From: Malacoraja senta
Lineage: Eukaryota
Length of the DNA stretch: 60,000 nt
Assembly: GCA_038087875.1 (NCBI GenBank)
Contig: CM075993.1
Location: forward strand, 9,364,001-9,424,000
Direction: 5' to 3'
In this document: in pieces, positions 12,760-24,891 of the stretch
Layout: every line of letters begins with the position of its first letter
Numbering within the stretch: position 1 is the stretch's first letter
Made by a program: the position numbers and the translations under genes
Notes under the pieces: model-generated
The model's input: only the letters and a program-made list of their open reading frames with translations
Told to the model about the DNA's origin: nothing
Database searches by the model: none

Positions 12760-13413
12760 GAAGACTCTTTATTTGTCATATCCACTGGATATGAACTGGA
12801 ACAAATACATTTTTACTTGCAACTTTACAGGCAGATTAATGCAACAACAATATCAATAAATTAACAGTCTTAAATAAATTAGACTACGATAGTATAAAAA
12901 CCAAAGTACGGCGACCAACCATGGACACAAGGACCGCAACATTTTCATGCGATTGAGGTGGGGTTGTGGGAAGAGGTGTGCAGGGTGGTTCAAGAACCTG
13001 ATGGTTGATGGGAAGAAGCAGTAGTTAAACCTGGAGGTAACGATTTTCATGCTCCTGTATCTTCCCAATAGTAGCAGCAAGAAGAGAGTGTGGCAAAGAT
13101 GATGTGGGTCTTTGATATTAGCTGCCTTTCTCCAGAGTCATGAGTGTTTCATTTCAATATGCACGAAGAACTGAACAATAAAATTCTTACTTGATTCAAC
13201 AATACAGGCCTGTTAATGTAATCAACAATAAAGATATAATAAGCAAAAATATAAGAAATTAATGATCAGTAATATGAGGTAAACAAACCATAACAGTGAA
13301 AAAACTGAAGTAGATAGTACAACCAGAACAAAACCCATAGTAGATTGTTTCTGAGGTAGGGTTGTGTAATGTTCTTCAAGATCATTGTATGGGAAGAAAC
13401 TTTCTTGCACCTG
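12760..13413 (-). mobile_element. Two tandem Rex1/Babar LINE 3' ends; the second continues at 27962
   Basis: RYRSMKIVTSRFNYCFFPSTIRFLN; the sequence before 13414 joins colinearly with 27962 onward across the CCTG duplication. Confidence 0.75.
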
Positions 13414-14218
13414 TGTTAATATGCAGGGTTTTGGGTACTTTGGAAATGGCAGGCATGGTGAAACTGGGCTTCACTGATAGTGACAATACATTGCAAGGTG
13501 CTGGAGACCCATGTGACCTAGTTTGGAGCTCTGAAGACCTCTGAAGAAGCCCCGGGAAGCTTCTGCCCATGTGACCCATCTGTCGCCACCAAGTCTGGGT
13601 TCCTAAAGTGGTTTCTGTTAATGTTTCAGTACACTGACACCTAATGCATGTCTGTGATTGGTTGGGGAAGCTTTATGTTTCTACTTTGTTTCGGTACCTT
13701 CCCGCCAGTATTTGTGATTGGTCTAAGAGGAGTTACCTCACCTAATATGTATTTACTTTGTATTCTGTGTACCGAATAGGTGCAGTGATTGGTTTGTAGG
13801 GGTTGCCTCCCCTCAGTACTTTCGCGCCGTTAGTTTTCCCGCCACTGTAAAGGGGTACAAAAGGGTGGGTGATTTGTTAAGGCGTGTTGGTTGTCTTTTC
13901 TTCTGTTCTGTTTACGTGAGGCTGCTGAGGCTCGAGTGAGTGGATCTGATGCCGGCCCCGCAGTGCTGTATACAAATAAAGATGGGTTTGGACTCCAGTG
14001 TTCGACTCAGTAGTTTGACTCGGTAGGGAGGGAGTATTAAGTCAAGTCAAGTCAAGTGAGTTTATTGTCATGTGTCCCTGGTAGGACAATGAAATTCTTG
14101 CTTTGCTTGAGCACAACAGAACATAGTAGGCATTTACTACAAGGCATTCTATAAATATATACACAATGGTCAATATACTGATAAAGTGCAAATAACAGTA
14201 TTGGCTAGTAAAGTTCAG

Positions 14219-17200
14219 TGTAATGATAAAGCTGAATTATGTTAAAAATATCCTCGCTGGGACCACATCAACGGCTGACTGTGCAAGAGGTTGCAGAGGT
14301 TTCCGGGATTGGAAGGGAGATAACTGAGCTCTATCGGCCCCCTTGTAAGACCGACTCCCTAGAAACTCCCGGGAACGTCTGTGATCCTTCATCAGAGGTT
14401 GATCCAGGTTCCCTGCCGAGGTTCTTAGAAACAGACCAAGGTAAGACCAGTTGGGCTTTATAGGTTTTTTTTTTTAAGAAGGGATTGTGTATGTATTTTT
14501 AAGACAGAATTGTGCATGTATTTTTAAGATGGGCTTGTGTATATTGTTAAGAAGGACGTGAGTGGTTTCTCTTTCTCTCTCTCTGTCTATCTCTCTTTGT
14601 TTTTTTCTTCTCTCTCTCTACTAAGGGCTCATCGGCCTCGTTGAGATATCCGTGATTTGTCGGGTTGAGATACGGGGGTTGAGGTGTGCGTCTGGCTTAT
14701 TGAGACATCCGAAGAGTTGTCAGATTGAGAAATAAGTGGCGTTGTATATTAAAGAGTAAGAAGTCTGCCAGGTTGAGAAACGGGGGTCTCGGTTAGTGGG
14801 TCTGCTTCGTTGAGACACATGGGGCTTATTTTAGGTCTGCCAGGTTGAGAAACGGGGGTCTCGGTTAGCGGGTCTGCTTCGTTGAGACACTTAGGTCGTA
14901 TATCAAAGAGGTAAAAAAATATATATATATTTTTTTTAAAAGTCAGCCAAATTGAGAAACTGGGGTCTCGAGTAGCGAGTCGGCCTGGTTGATATATTTG
15001 GAACGATTCGGAATTCAGAAGTCTGCTTTCTCTTTCTCTTTCTCTCTATCTATCTATGGGGAATGCTCTGGATAACAGTGAGGGGGGAACCCCCGTCCAA
15101 CATATGTGTTATTTGAATCCTAAGTATAATAAGAAATTTTGAATGTTAAGTTACAAGTTGACCAAACGGTTGGGGGATGAAGCCGCGCCAGTAGGGGGCA
15201 CATGGAATGTCGAGACAATTAAAAAAGCAGAAATGTTGATATGGGAAAGGAAGGCAGGAAAGAAATGGAAGAAGGGAATTAAAACGTGGAAAGCAGAAGC
15301 AGAGAAGAAGCATGAGGAGAGTAGAGATCGAAGTTGGATGGATACTGCATGTAAACAAGGGATAGAGTTACGAAATAAGGATGGCACTATGAAAGGATGG
15401 AAAGTATTGCAACTAGAATGCCAGTGGGCGGAGGAACAAGAGAAAATAATTAAGAGACAGGCAGGAGGTGAGAAACAGGTGATGGTTAGTAAAAATAACC
15501 TCAGTACTGGTAAATCCTCTGGAGGAGACTTCATGTCTGGCACGACGACCCTGTTTGGTAGTGAAGATGAGGAGTTAGATAATCCTGGGAGATGTCCACC
15601 TCCCTACGTCCTACCAGTAGCAATGGCATCCTTACCTGTGGCAGCTCCGTCAGTAATATCCCTATACCTTGAAGTTCTGACCTTACAAAGCTCCCCAGGA
15701 TTGGGAGCACGGGAATGCCTTTCTGTGCGTTATTTGCTTAAGGCATTGATGATACCAGAACAGCTGACCATTATTAAATGTGCTGCACACACTGGTGCTG
15801 GGGACCCTATAACCAAAGGCAATGCATTTGCCGATAGTGTAGCCAAACAAACAGCCTATGCATCCAAATGCTTAGTGACATCTGGTAAACAGATACTAGC
15901 AAATAGAACGGTCCTGCCAAACATGAGGGAAGTATGTACATTACAGAGGGACGCCTCTGATAACCCAAAACAACTATGGAAACAAGAGGGCTGTGCCATT
16001 GATTCGGCTCACCCCGCTTGGACAAGTTGGTGTATCTGATGCATTTTTACCTGTTTTACTAACATATATTCACTCACTTACCCATGCTGGTAAGGAGGGA
16101 ATGATAAGGATGACAAAGGAAACGTGGTGGCACCTAAAAATCCGGCAAGAGGCACTGAAGCAGGCCTCTGAATGTAAAATTTGCCAACGAAATAATCCAG
16201 GCAAACCAATTAGGATACCCTCAGGGGTGACACCAATGCCATCACGACCGTTTGAATGCATACAGATTGATTTTATTGAAATGCCAAGGGCCCAGTGTTA
16301 TAAATATTGCTTAGGTATTTTAGATTTATTTAGCAGGTGGATTGAAGCTCTACCAACCACTAATGATACTGCTGAGACTACAGTAACATTGGTGTTAAGG
16401 GAAGTTATTCCCAGGTTTGGCCTACCTACTGTCATAAGCTTGGACAATGGTCCCCATTTTATTGCCACTATTAATAAGGAAATATGTACTCATTTTTATA
16501 TCCGACAGCAATTTCACTGTGTACATCACCCACAGGCATCTGGGATGGTGGAAAGAGCCTATGGGGCATTGCAAAACAAAATTACCCCGGGGGAATCCTT
16601 TTTCTGACAAGCAACTATGTTATAGAAAAATTGGGGATGAAGACAAATTCGGTGGAGAAATGAGGATAGGATAGGGAGACTGAAAAGTCACGGGGAGTCT
16701 GACTAATCATGATCTGGATCAAAGTCCAATTAGGGTTAGGTAACCAGGATTCTGGTAAACAGGTCTTGTCAGAAAAAGGGAAAGTAAATTACAAAGAGAT
16801 GTCTTTGAAGATGAAATATTATATACTGCTGGTAAAACAATTTTTTTGTGTGTATGTACTGCTTGTAAAACAATGTTTTTTGTATGTGGAATGTGTGAAA
16901 TTTGAAGCAATGAGCAAAGTTGTGTGTCCCTTTAAGAACAGTTTGTCCTTTAAAATGCAAATGAACAGGCAGGTTATGGTGTGTTCCTTTAAGACACTGC
17001 CATGAATGGGGGGTGGAGCTGTACTCAAATGATAAAATGTGTTGGTTGTTATAAATCTTTTGAGCCGAGTTCAAAAAGAGACTCATCCCAATTAAAGTGT
17101 TAAATGAGATTGGAAATGTCAAAATTACTGAGAAAAAGAAAATGTATTATTGATTACTGATTCTGAGTGAGTTCTTTTGGGAAAGATTGTTTTGATGTGA

Positions 17201-18213
17201 TAACAGAGGTTGTCCTTTAAAATGCAAATGAAGCAAGATTACGGTCTGCAGAGGAACAAAGGTGTTGAAGCATGTGCTGTGTAAGGGAAATGAATGTACA
17301 TGTAAAATTGTCTTATGGCTTACAAAAGGGGGTTTGAGGGATCTCATAATGAGGGATAAAAGGTGAGAAGATAAGTAGATTGGGGAAGAGAACATATTTG
17401 GAGAATTTAATATTTAGGTGGGGAGAGCCTCTTCAGATATAATCGGATTAAAGAATAAGTTCACAGAGAAGTGTTTAAGAAGGAACTGCAGATGCTGGAA
17501 AATCAAAGGTAGACAAAAGTGCTGGAGAAACTCATGGGATGAGGCAGCATCTATGGAGCGAAGGAAATAGGCATCATTTCAGGCCGAAGCCCTTCTTCAG
17601 AGTAGATTGGGGTTATTCAACTGCAGCTAGAGAAACAGGATTTACAACTTTTTTATTGATTCAGGAAAGGCTGCTGTGCCCACCCCCTGGAGAGTGGGGG
17701 GAAGCCAAATACAGGCCCTGGGCAATTAACTAATTATGTATGGACAGCAATTAATCCAGGTCTTGCCAGATCTGCATTCCCAGGTTAGAGGAGCTGTGAG
17801 CACAGGGACGAGTCCATAAAGGCTACAAAATGACCATGTGCTGGGACAAGAAGAAATTGAGATTGTGTTGAAAGGAAAAACCAAGTGCTATCAACAACAT
17901 AAACTGCTGTGAAGATTGAAGATCATCGTCGTTGGATACATTTGATTGACTGTGAACGGTTTGTGGAGCTATTGACCCTCCTTTTATTCTGGGGTGGCCC
18001 ACATGGACTGGACTTTCTTCAGAATGGCAAACTTGCGGACTAAACCACATTTAAAGGATGGTACACACATCCTTTTAAACAAGATTGGAGTCAAACATGA
18101 CAAGTGCAGCAAAGATACCCTGACTACAGACAGTGAGATAATTTGCCTGATGAGATGCTTATGGTCTTTCGTATGTACTCGGCAAGGACTGTAGTTATTA
18201 TCAAGATTTTGAT
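14219..18213 (+). mobile_element. ERV-B: internally deleted class I ERV internal region inserted into the LINE
   Basis: Leader with splice donor AG/GTAAGA (14441) and tandem repeats; gag, RNase H and integrase remnants; no LTR pair recognised. Confidence 0.75.
15056..16607 (+). pseudogene. ERV-B gag(MA)-RNase H fusion and integrase remnant
   Basis: MGN myristoylation start with one in-frame stop, PVGGTW, PPPY late domain, IIKCAAH..GNAFADSVAK (RNase H), HHCC zinc finger and IQIDF..SLDNGPHF..GMVER integrase core; IN C-terminus TAVKIEDHRRWIH at ~17880-17960. Confidence 0.85.
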
Positions 18214-18756
18214 AGTTATGTCCGAGCCAGGTTTAATAGCCTGATGGCTGTGGGGAAGTAGCTGTTCCTGAACCTGGTCGTTGCAGTTTTCAGGCTCCTG
18301 TACCTTCTACCTGAAGGTAGTAGGGAGATGAGTGTGTGGCCAGGATGGTGTGGGTCCTTGATGATGCTGCCAGCCTTTTTGAGGCAGCGACTGTGGTAGA
18401 TCGCCTCGATGGAAGGGAGGTCAGAGCCGATGATGGACTGGGCAATGTTTACTACTTTTTGTAGTCTTTTCCTCTCCAGGACACTCAAGTTGCCGAGCCA
18501 AGCCACGATGCAACCGGTCAGCATGCTCTCTACTGTGCACCTGTAGAAGTTAGAGAGAGTCCTCCTTGACAAACCGACTCTCCGTAATCTTCTCAGGAAG
18601 TAGAGGCGCTGATGTGCTTTCTTAATAATGGCATCATTGTTCTCGGACCAGGAAAGATCTTCAGAGATGTGCACGCTCAGGAATTTGAAGTTCTTGACCC
18701 TTTCAACCATCGACCCGTTGATATAAACGTTGAGTATTAGATCTGGAATCAACAAT

Positions 18757-18774
18757 TGGGGGCTCGTTCGGGAT
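18757..18774 (+). promoter_or_regulatory. tRNA-Pro primer binding site of ERV-A
   Basis: TGGGGGCTCGTTCGGGAT, 17/18 identical to the MLV-type Pro PBS, 2 nt after the LTR end AACA. Confidence 0.9.
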
Positions 18775-19455
18775 CCCAACGGATTGCCAACGTGAGTCTG
18801 CGGCCGGGGAGCTAAGTCATCTTGGATCGTGAGAGGAGAAATTGGTCCCCCGGCGTGAGTAGTTTTTGCTGCATCAATTTTCCATGCTCCACTAATCTGA
18901 CAACGAATTGGTCATTCGCTGATGTCCATGGAATCCCGATGAGATCGATTGAGTCTGGCGAACACTAGTTTGGGTGAGGGTTGGAGTCCCTATTGGGTTT
19001 GATTCCCCACCTGGAAGGGTTGGAGTCCCAGGTTTGGGTGAGGGCGGGCTCACAAGGTCAGGTCCCTGAAGGGTTCGTCCCCACCTTAAGGGGTTAGAGT
19101 CCCAGGTTTGGGTGAGGGTCGGGCTCACCAGGTCAGTCTCTAGAGGGTTAGAATCCCCGCCCAGTATTGGGGTACTAATTGACAGGGTACCTTGAAAGAC
19201 GATACTGGGAAGGTTCAGTATTAAGCGGGGTAAGTACTGAGAGCCAGCGCTGTGGTGAGATTGGCAGATTCACTTTAAAGATCGGCGCTGAGAGCCAGTG
19301 CTAAGCAGATTAAGTGCTGAGGATCGTTATCTTGCAGGTAGGAGGGTTTGAGTCCCTGGGGTTTGAGTCCCTGCCTGTGACGGGTTTGAGTCCCTGGGAT
19401 CAGTACTAAGGTAGATTGGCATAGCTAATGTAAAAAATGGTACTGAATTGGGAAG

Positions 19456-22400
19456 TGTTGTGTTTCGGCTGTTGTAATAACTGAAGCCTTACACCATGAT
19501 AAAAGTCCAAAGACTTTATTAACGATATAGCATATATAACTTCATGCTAGCATGCCTTTCTAATTCGAAAGGGAACAGGCAGCGAGGACTATTGTAAAAG
19601 CAAGTGGGCGAAACTACCAAAGCATCTCATAACATGATTGACACTGATCTACATCCTCCCTCTTAAAGAATCAATAACATGACAAACCCATTAACTAAGT
19701 AAGGCATGCATAGCAATTGATAATAAACTGGAGGAAAGTCAAACATAGTCCGGGTACTTCACAACCGGTCTACAAACACAACCAGCATGTGTACGATAGA
19801 GACCATCTCCGTTCTTTGTCCCCTGGGAGAGGGCAGGTGGCTTCACCAGCGAGGAAGACTGGACCAGCATTCCTGGAGATGAAGCAGGAGACTGTGGCAC
19901 AGGCGAAGACATCACGGGCAGAGGAGCCATTGCAGACATGGATTGTTGTGCTGGTAGAGGCATAGGAGTGCCGCTAAACGCAGATAGAAGTGTACTTGTA
20001 CGGTCTGGATAATATGGAGGAGGAACTGGTTCGTTCACAGGCAGGATATGTTGTCTGTTACGCCTGTAGGTACCGCCATCAGCACTGACGAAATACGAGC
20101 GTGGCTCTGAGGCAATTCCAGAAATCACTCCAATACGGTCATGGCCTTTGTCAAGCTGTAAACGGACCACCTGCTCCTTGGTCAGTGGTGGCAGTGGTCT
20201 ACTTGTTTTGTCAAACCATTGTTTTTGAATGTCACGCTTCTGTTGTAACCTGGAGTGAACCTCCTCAGGTGGAATTACTTGTGGGATCGATGCCTGATCC
20301 GCTACAGGTACTGTGGCACGGGTCTGCCTTGACAATAAACGTTGAGTGGGTGAGCCCAAGATGGGGTCAATGGAGATGTTGCGTAAATTGAGCAGATCCA
20401 AGAATACATCGGATTTAGCTCTGTATGAACGTTCCATGAGCTGTTTAGCACTTTTGACTGCTCGTTCAGCTAACCCATTAGACTGTGGATATTCAGGGCT
20501 GCTGGTGATGTGGCAAAAATTCCAGAGTCTAGCAAACTCCTTGAAGTGTTGACTGGTGAATTGACTGCCATTGTCAGTTAGCAATCTGCCTGGAGATCCG
20601 TGGACTGAAAAGTGGCAAGATAACTTCGAAATCACTCCACTGGAAGTGGGGCTGCTAAGAAAATCAATGTCAAACCATCCTGAATACAAATCAACGAGTA
20701 CCAGGTACTGCTTGCCATGCCAATCAAATATGTCAGCTGCGACTGGACCACGGGAACGCAGGTTCCGGATGTGAAAGAAGTGGTTGCTTTTGTTGGTGAG
20801 GTGCCAAACTGTTGCACATGCACAGGATGCCACATTCTCGGTGATGTATTCAGCCATGCCAGGCCAGTAAAACATGCTTCTTGCCTGTAGACAGTAGCTT
20901 CAGCGCCAGGGTGCCCTGCATGGACAGCGTTAAAATACTGGTTGTGCAGAGAAGCAGGAACCACAGCCTTGTGTCCTTTTAAAATAATGCCATCCTGCAG
21001 CACTAGCTCATCACGGTCGGCAAAGAAAGGCCGGACTGGCAGCGGAACATTGTAGTGCTTGTCTGGCCAGCCGCGTTTAATGACGGAGGTAAGCGACCGT
21101 AGAGTACTGTCAGCAGCAATGTGGGCAACCAAGTCCTCCATACAAGACGAGGGAATAAAAGACACAGTCATTACCAGAAAGTTATCATCCAGCGAAGGTG
21201 GATCCTCGCAGGTCTTCCGGGGTGCACGCGAGAGAGTGTCAGCCAGGTGCATATCCTTACTGCGTTTGTGGATCAGAACAATGTCATATTTTTGAAGTTG
21301 CAGCAACATACGCTATAGGCGCGCAGGAGAGGCGTGGATTGGTTTGGTGAAAATGCTGATCAGAGGTTGGTGGACCATTTCAATTGTGACCGTGTGACCA
21401 AAGATGAAATCGTTGAATTTCTAGCAGGCGAAAACAACCGCCAACAGCTCTTTCTCAATTTGGGCATATCGTTGTTCTGTCAGTCATGGTGCGCGAGGCA
21501 TAGGCAACAGGCTTATTGCCATTGTCATCATTCTGAAGACATGCTGCGCCTAGCCCATGTTGTGAGGCATCACGTCAGTGTAACCGGTAGTTTAGGATCA
21601 AAGTAAGCCAGAGTAGGAGCACTAGACATCTGCTGCTTATGTGTGTCGAACGCTTTCTGTTGTTGCTCGTGCCAAGTCCAAGCAGTATCTTTGTGTGTAA
21701 GTTGGTACAATGGGGTTGATATTTCGCTGAAACCCAGAATGAATTTGCACAAATAGTTAACCATGCCAAGGAATCTCTGCAAACTCAGCACGTCTGTGGG
21801 TGCTGGGAGCTCATTGATAGCACTGGTTTTCGCTGGATCAATTTTTAGACCGTCTTTGATAAATATATGGCCTACATATTTTACTTCATTCACTCTGAAT
21901 TTGCATTTTTGAGGATTCAGCTTGAAATGGATGGCCTTGGCACGATCCAAGACCTTTGTCAGATTGGCACCGTGTTCTTCGACTGTTCTTCCAGCAATGA
22001 GTATATCATCTACTAAGATGGAGCATGGGTAGCCTGCAAACAATTGCTCCATAGCTTGTTGAAATACTTCATAAGCAGAACTTATTCCAAAGGGCATGCG
22101 AAGAAATTTATAACGACCGAATGGAGTGTTAAAAGTTGTCAACTTGGAGGAGTTATGTTCCAGTGAAATCTGCTAGAATGAACTCTTGGCATCTAGCACC
22201 GTGAATACAGTTGCCTCAGCCACCTGCGCAGCAATCTCATCCACAGTGCATGGGATAGCGGGGTCATTTAATTGCTGTGTTTAAGTCCTTGGGGTTGATA
22301 CAAATCTGTATTTCGTCTCTGTTCTTAGTAGCAACGACCATTGTGGAGACCCAGTCCGAGGGGTCAGTTACGGGAGTAACCACACCTAGAGACACCATTC

Positions 22401-24076
22401 TGTTAAGTTGACTTTGAACACGGTCCCACACAGCATGGGGAATCTTATGAGCCGGACGAACAACTGGAATTGCCTCAGGGTCAATGGTAATCGTGTACCT
22501 GACAGGCAACCTGCCCAGCTTGTTGTGTTGGGATTTGAAGTCACAGTCTGTAGTCAGTGGACGAACAGAAGGGCTGGAAGTAATCAAACCCATGTCTAGG
22601 CATGCGTTGGAACCCAGTAGAGATGATACATTTTCACGTACTACATAAAAATCCAGGTTGTGGACACGTGAGTTAAGACAACAGCGCAACTCAACTTGGC
22701 CGATAGGGTGCACTTGACTTCCAGCAAACAAGACAAGAGATGCAGCAGTTGGAGATACTGTTTCTGTTTATCTTAGCTTCTGGAAAACAGCCAAGCAGGT
22801 AACGTTGCAGCGAGCTCCAGAATCGACCTTCAGATAAAGAGTTTTGCCATTAATGAGCAAAGCGACCTTGGGGTCCAGTTGTTTATGCACTAAATCAGAC
22901 AAGGCATGTACATCGACGTCAGCACCTTCGCCAGCAGCTTGTAAATCCATATGAACTGGTTGTGAGAACTCAGAGATAACACTTTTAAGGCCAAGCGAAT
23001 TAACAGATTGTCTCGTTTGAAATCTAACTATGTGAACTTAATGAAATGGTTTCCTTTGTTGCAGAATCAACATAGTTTCCCATACGCAGTGCAACGGTCA
23101 CGAACAGCGGCATGTGAACCCCCACAGTTAAAGCAATTATCGATTAGTCTTAGCTTGGTATCCGGCACTTGAGAAAAACGAGGAGAGATTTGATAAGACA
23201 TACTGGCAGCATTAACTTCACGAGCAGTGGAATGCCCCAGAACTTTAATGTGAGCAACAGTCATTTCAGTAATGCGACAGCGGTTTTCAGCAGCCTCTAG
23301 GGTCAGGTCAACATCCCGCAGTAACTCATCTCGTAATTTATCATCCCGTATGCCATGGATCAGACGGTCACGAACGAGACTGTCGCATATATCTCTAAAA
23401 TCGCATCGACTTGCGATATAGTCAAAGTGCACTAACGTATAACTGGACAGGTTCTCCCCGCCTCTGGCAACGTGAAAAAACCAGATGCCATTCAATACTC
23501 AAGTTAGTCCGTAATTCACACAATTGTTGGAATTTACACAGGAGGCATTCAGGGTCACGGATAGATTCTACAGGAATCTGGACACCATTCGCGTCAACTC
23601 TAGCCGGTTCACAGTGAAATCTTCTGGCACGACGAGCAGCTTCTGTGCCTGCCAAATTAAGAAGGATTGACGCACGAACAGCAGGATCAGCTATAGGATG
23701 TGCTGCATCAATGTAGATTGAAAAATCCTCTTCAAATACACGCCATCGTTCAGCGAGATCTTTATCAAACACTAAGATCTCTGAGAGCAGAAGCCATTGC
23801 AAAACAGTTGAAAAAAATAAACTAAAATAAAAGCAATAGAATTAAACAAGGAGTGAATCCGTACACTCCGACACCTTGTTGTGTTTCGGCTGTTGTAATA
23901 ACTGAAGCCTTACACCATGATAAAGGTCCAAAGACTTTATTAACGATATAGCATATATAACTTCATGCTAGCACGCCTTTCTAATTCTAAAGGGAACAGG
24001 CAGGGAGGACTACTGTAAAAGTAAGTGGACGTAAATACCATAGCATGACTCATAACATGAGTGACACTGATCTCCA
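19456..24076 (-). mobile_element. Full-length degenerate Gypsy/Ty3 LTR retrotransposon (Mag/K02A2.6-like)
   Basis: LTRs 19456-19653 and 23877-24076, 5-bp TSD GGAAG, PPT AAGAGGGAGGA at 19654-19664, domain order gag-PR-RT-RH-IN. Confidence 0.93.
19739..23802 (-). pseudogene. Frameshifted gag-pol of the Gypsy element
   Basis: Gag with CFNCGGSH..C knuckle, protease KVDSGA, RT TPFGRYKFLRMPFGI / LVDDIL, RNase H, integrase TDNGSQF..NGLAERAV. Confidence 0.92.
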
Positions 24077-24243
24077 GGAAGATGCGTCTGTGATATTCTA
24101 GGACTGCGAGCCAAATTCATCGATCCTAAATTCTGCTAAAGTGTTCATGTTAAATGCTTTTGTTTATGTGTAATATACTCTTGTATTATAGCTGTTATTG
24201 TGTGATTTACCACTTTAACTAATTATATGCTCATATATTACAT

Positions 24244-24562
24244 TGTAGCGGCACCTAATGGTTAGGCCACTCCTCCTATGCGAACCCTCGGCAACCCTGG
24301 GAAAGAGTCACGAGATATATTGGGTGTGTCCCAGTATATAAGTCCTGACCTTCCCTCTCTCTCGTTCTCTGTCTCTGGCTCTTGCTCCTTCTTTGACTTC
24401 ATGAGAGTGTCCTGCCACCGCAGCAGGAGCACAACCGAGCCCACGAGGCAACAGCCTCTCAACAACTACAACTGTTATGTTAGAGTGTTAAACGTCCATG
24501 TATTGTCAACTTACAATGCCTGAATAAAGCATCCTGTTATTCATGACGTTTGCACCTCTACA
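24244..24562 (+). mobile_element. Solo LTR
   Basis: TGTAG...CTACA termini, 4-bp TSD ACAT, TATATAA box (~24335) and AATAAA (~24523). Confidence 0.8.
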
Positions 24563-24891
24563 ACATTCTACTTTGCTTTAGTATTATGAGTTAGTTGTGT
24601 ATTCTCTTGCTTAAGTGTGATTTTGCACCTGTATTATAGTAGTATATGCTTTTGCTTAAGATTTTCTTGCTTAAGTATGATTTTGTTTTTGTGTTATCGC
24701 TGCATATTTTAAGATCGTGTGATTATGTTCAGGTGATTTTGCTACTGTGGTACCGCTTTAATACGTTGTGTGTTTACCGCTTTAATTTACCGTTTTAAGA
24801 AGTATTAAGAAGAACCGTGTGTGAATGGTGTGGGGCCTCATGTGATTGGAGATAAGTGTGTGAAATACTGGCTGCATTGTGTTGGGTATAG

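Larger units (their letters stand above)
14040..18731 (-). mobile_element. Rex1/Babar LINE inserted in U5 of the ERV-A 5' LTR (LINE parts 14040-14218 and ~18214-18731)
   Basis: (CTTGA)n tail, 8-bp TSD GAGTATTA (14032-14039, 18732-18739), RT C-terminal ORF VERVKNFKFLSVHISEDLSW...KKAHQRLYFLRRL. Confidence 0.85.
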
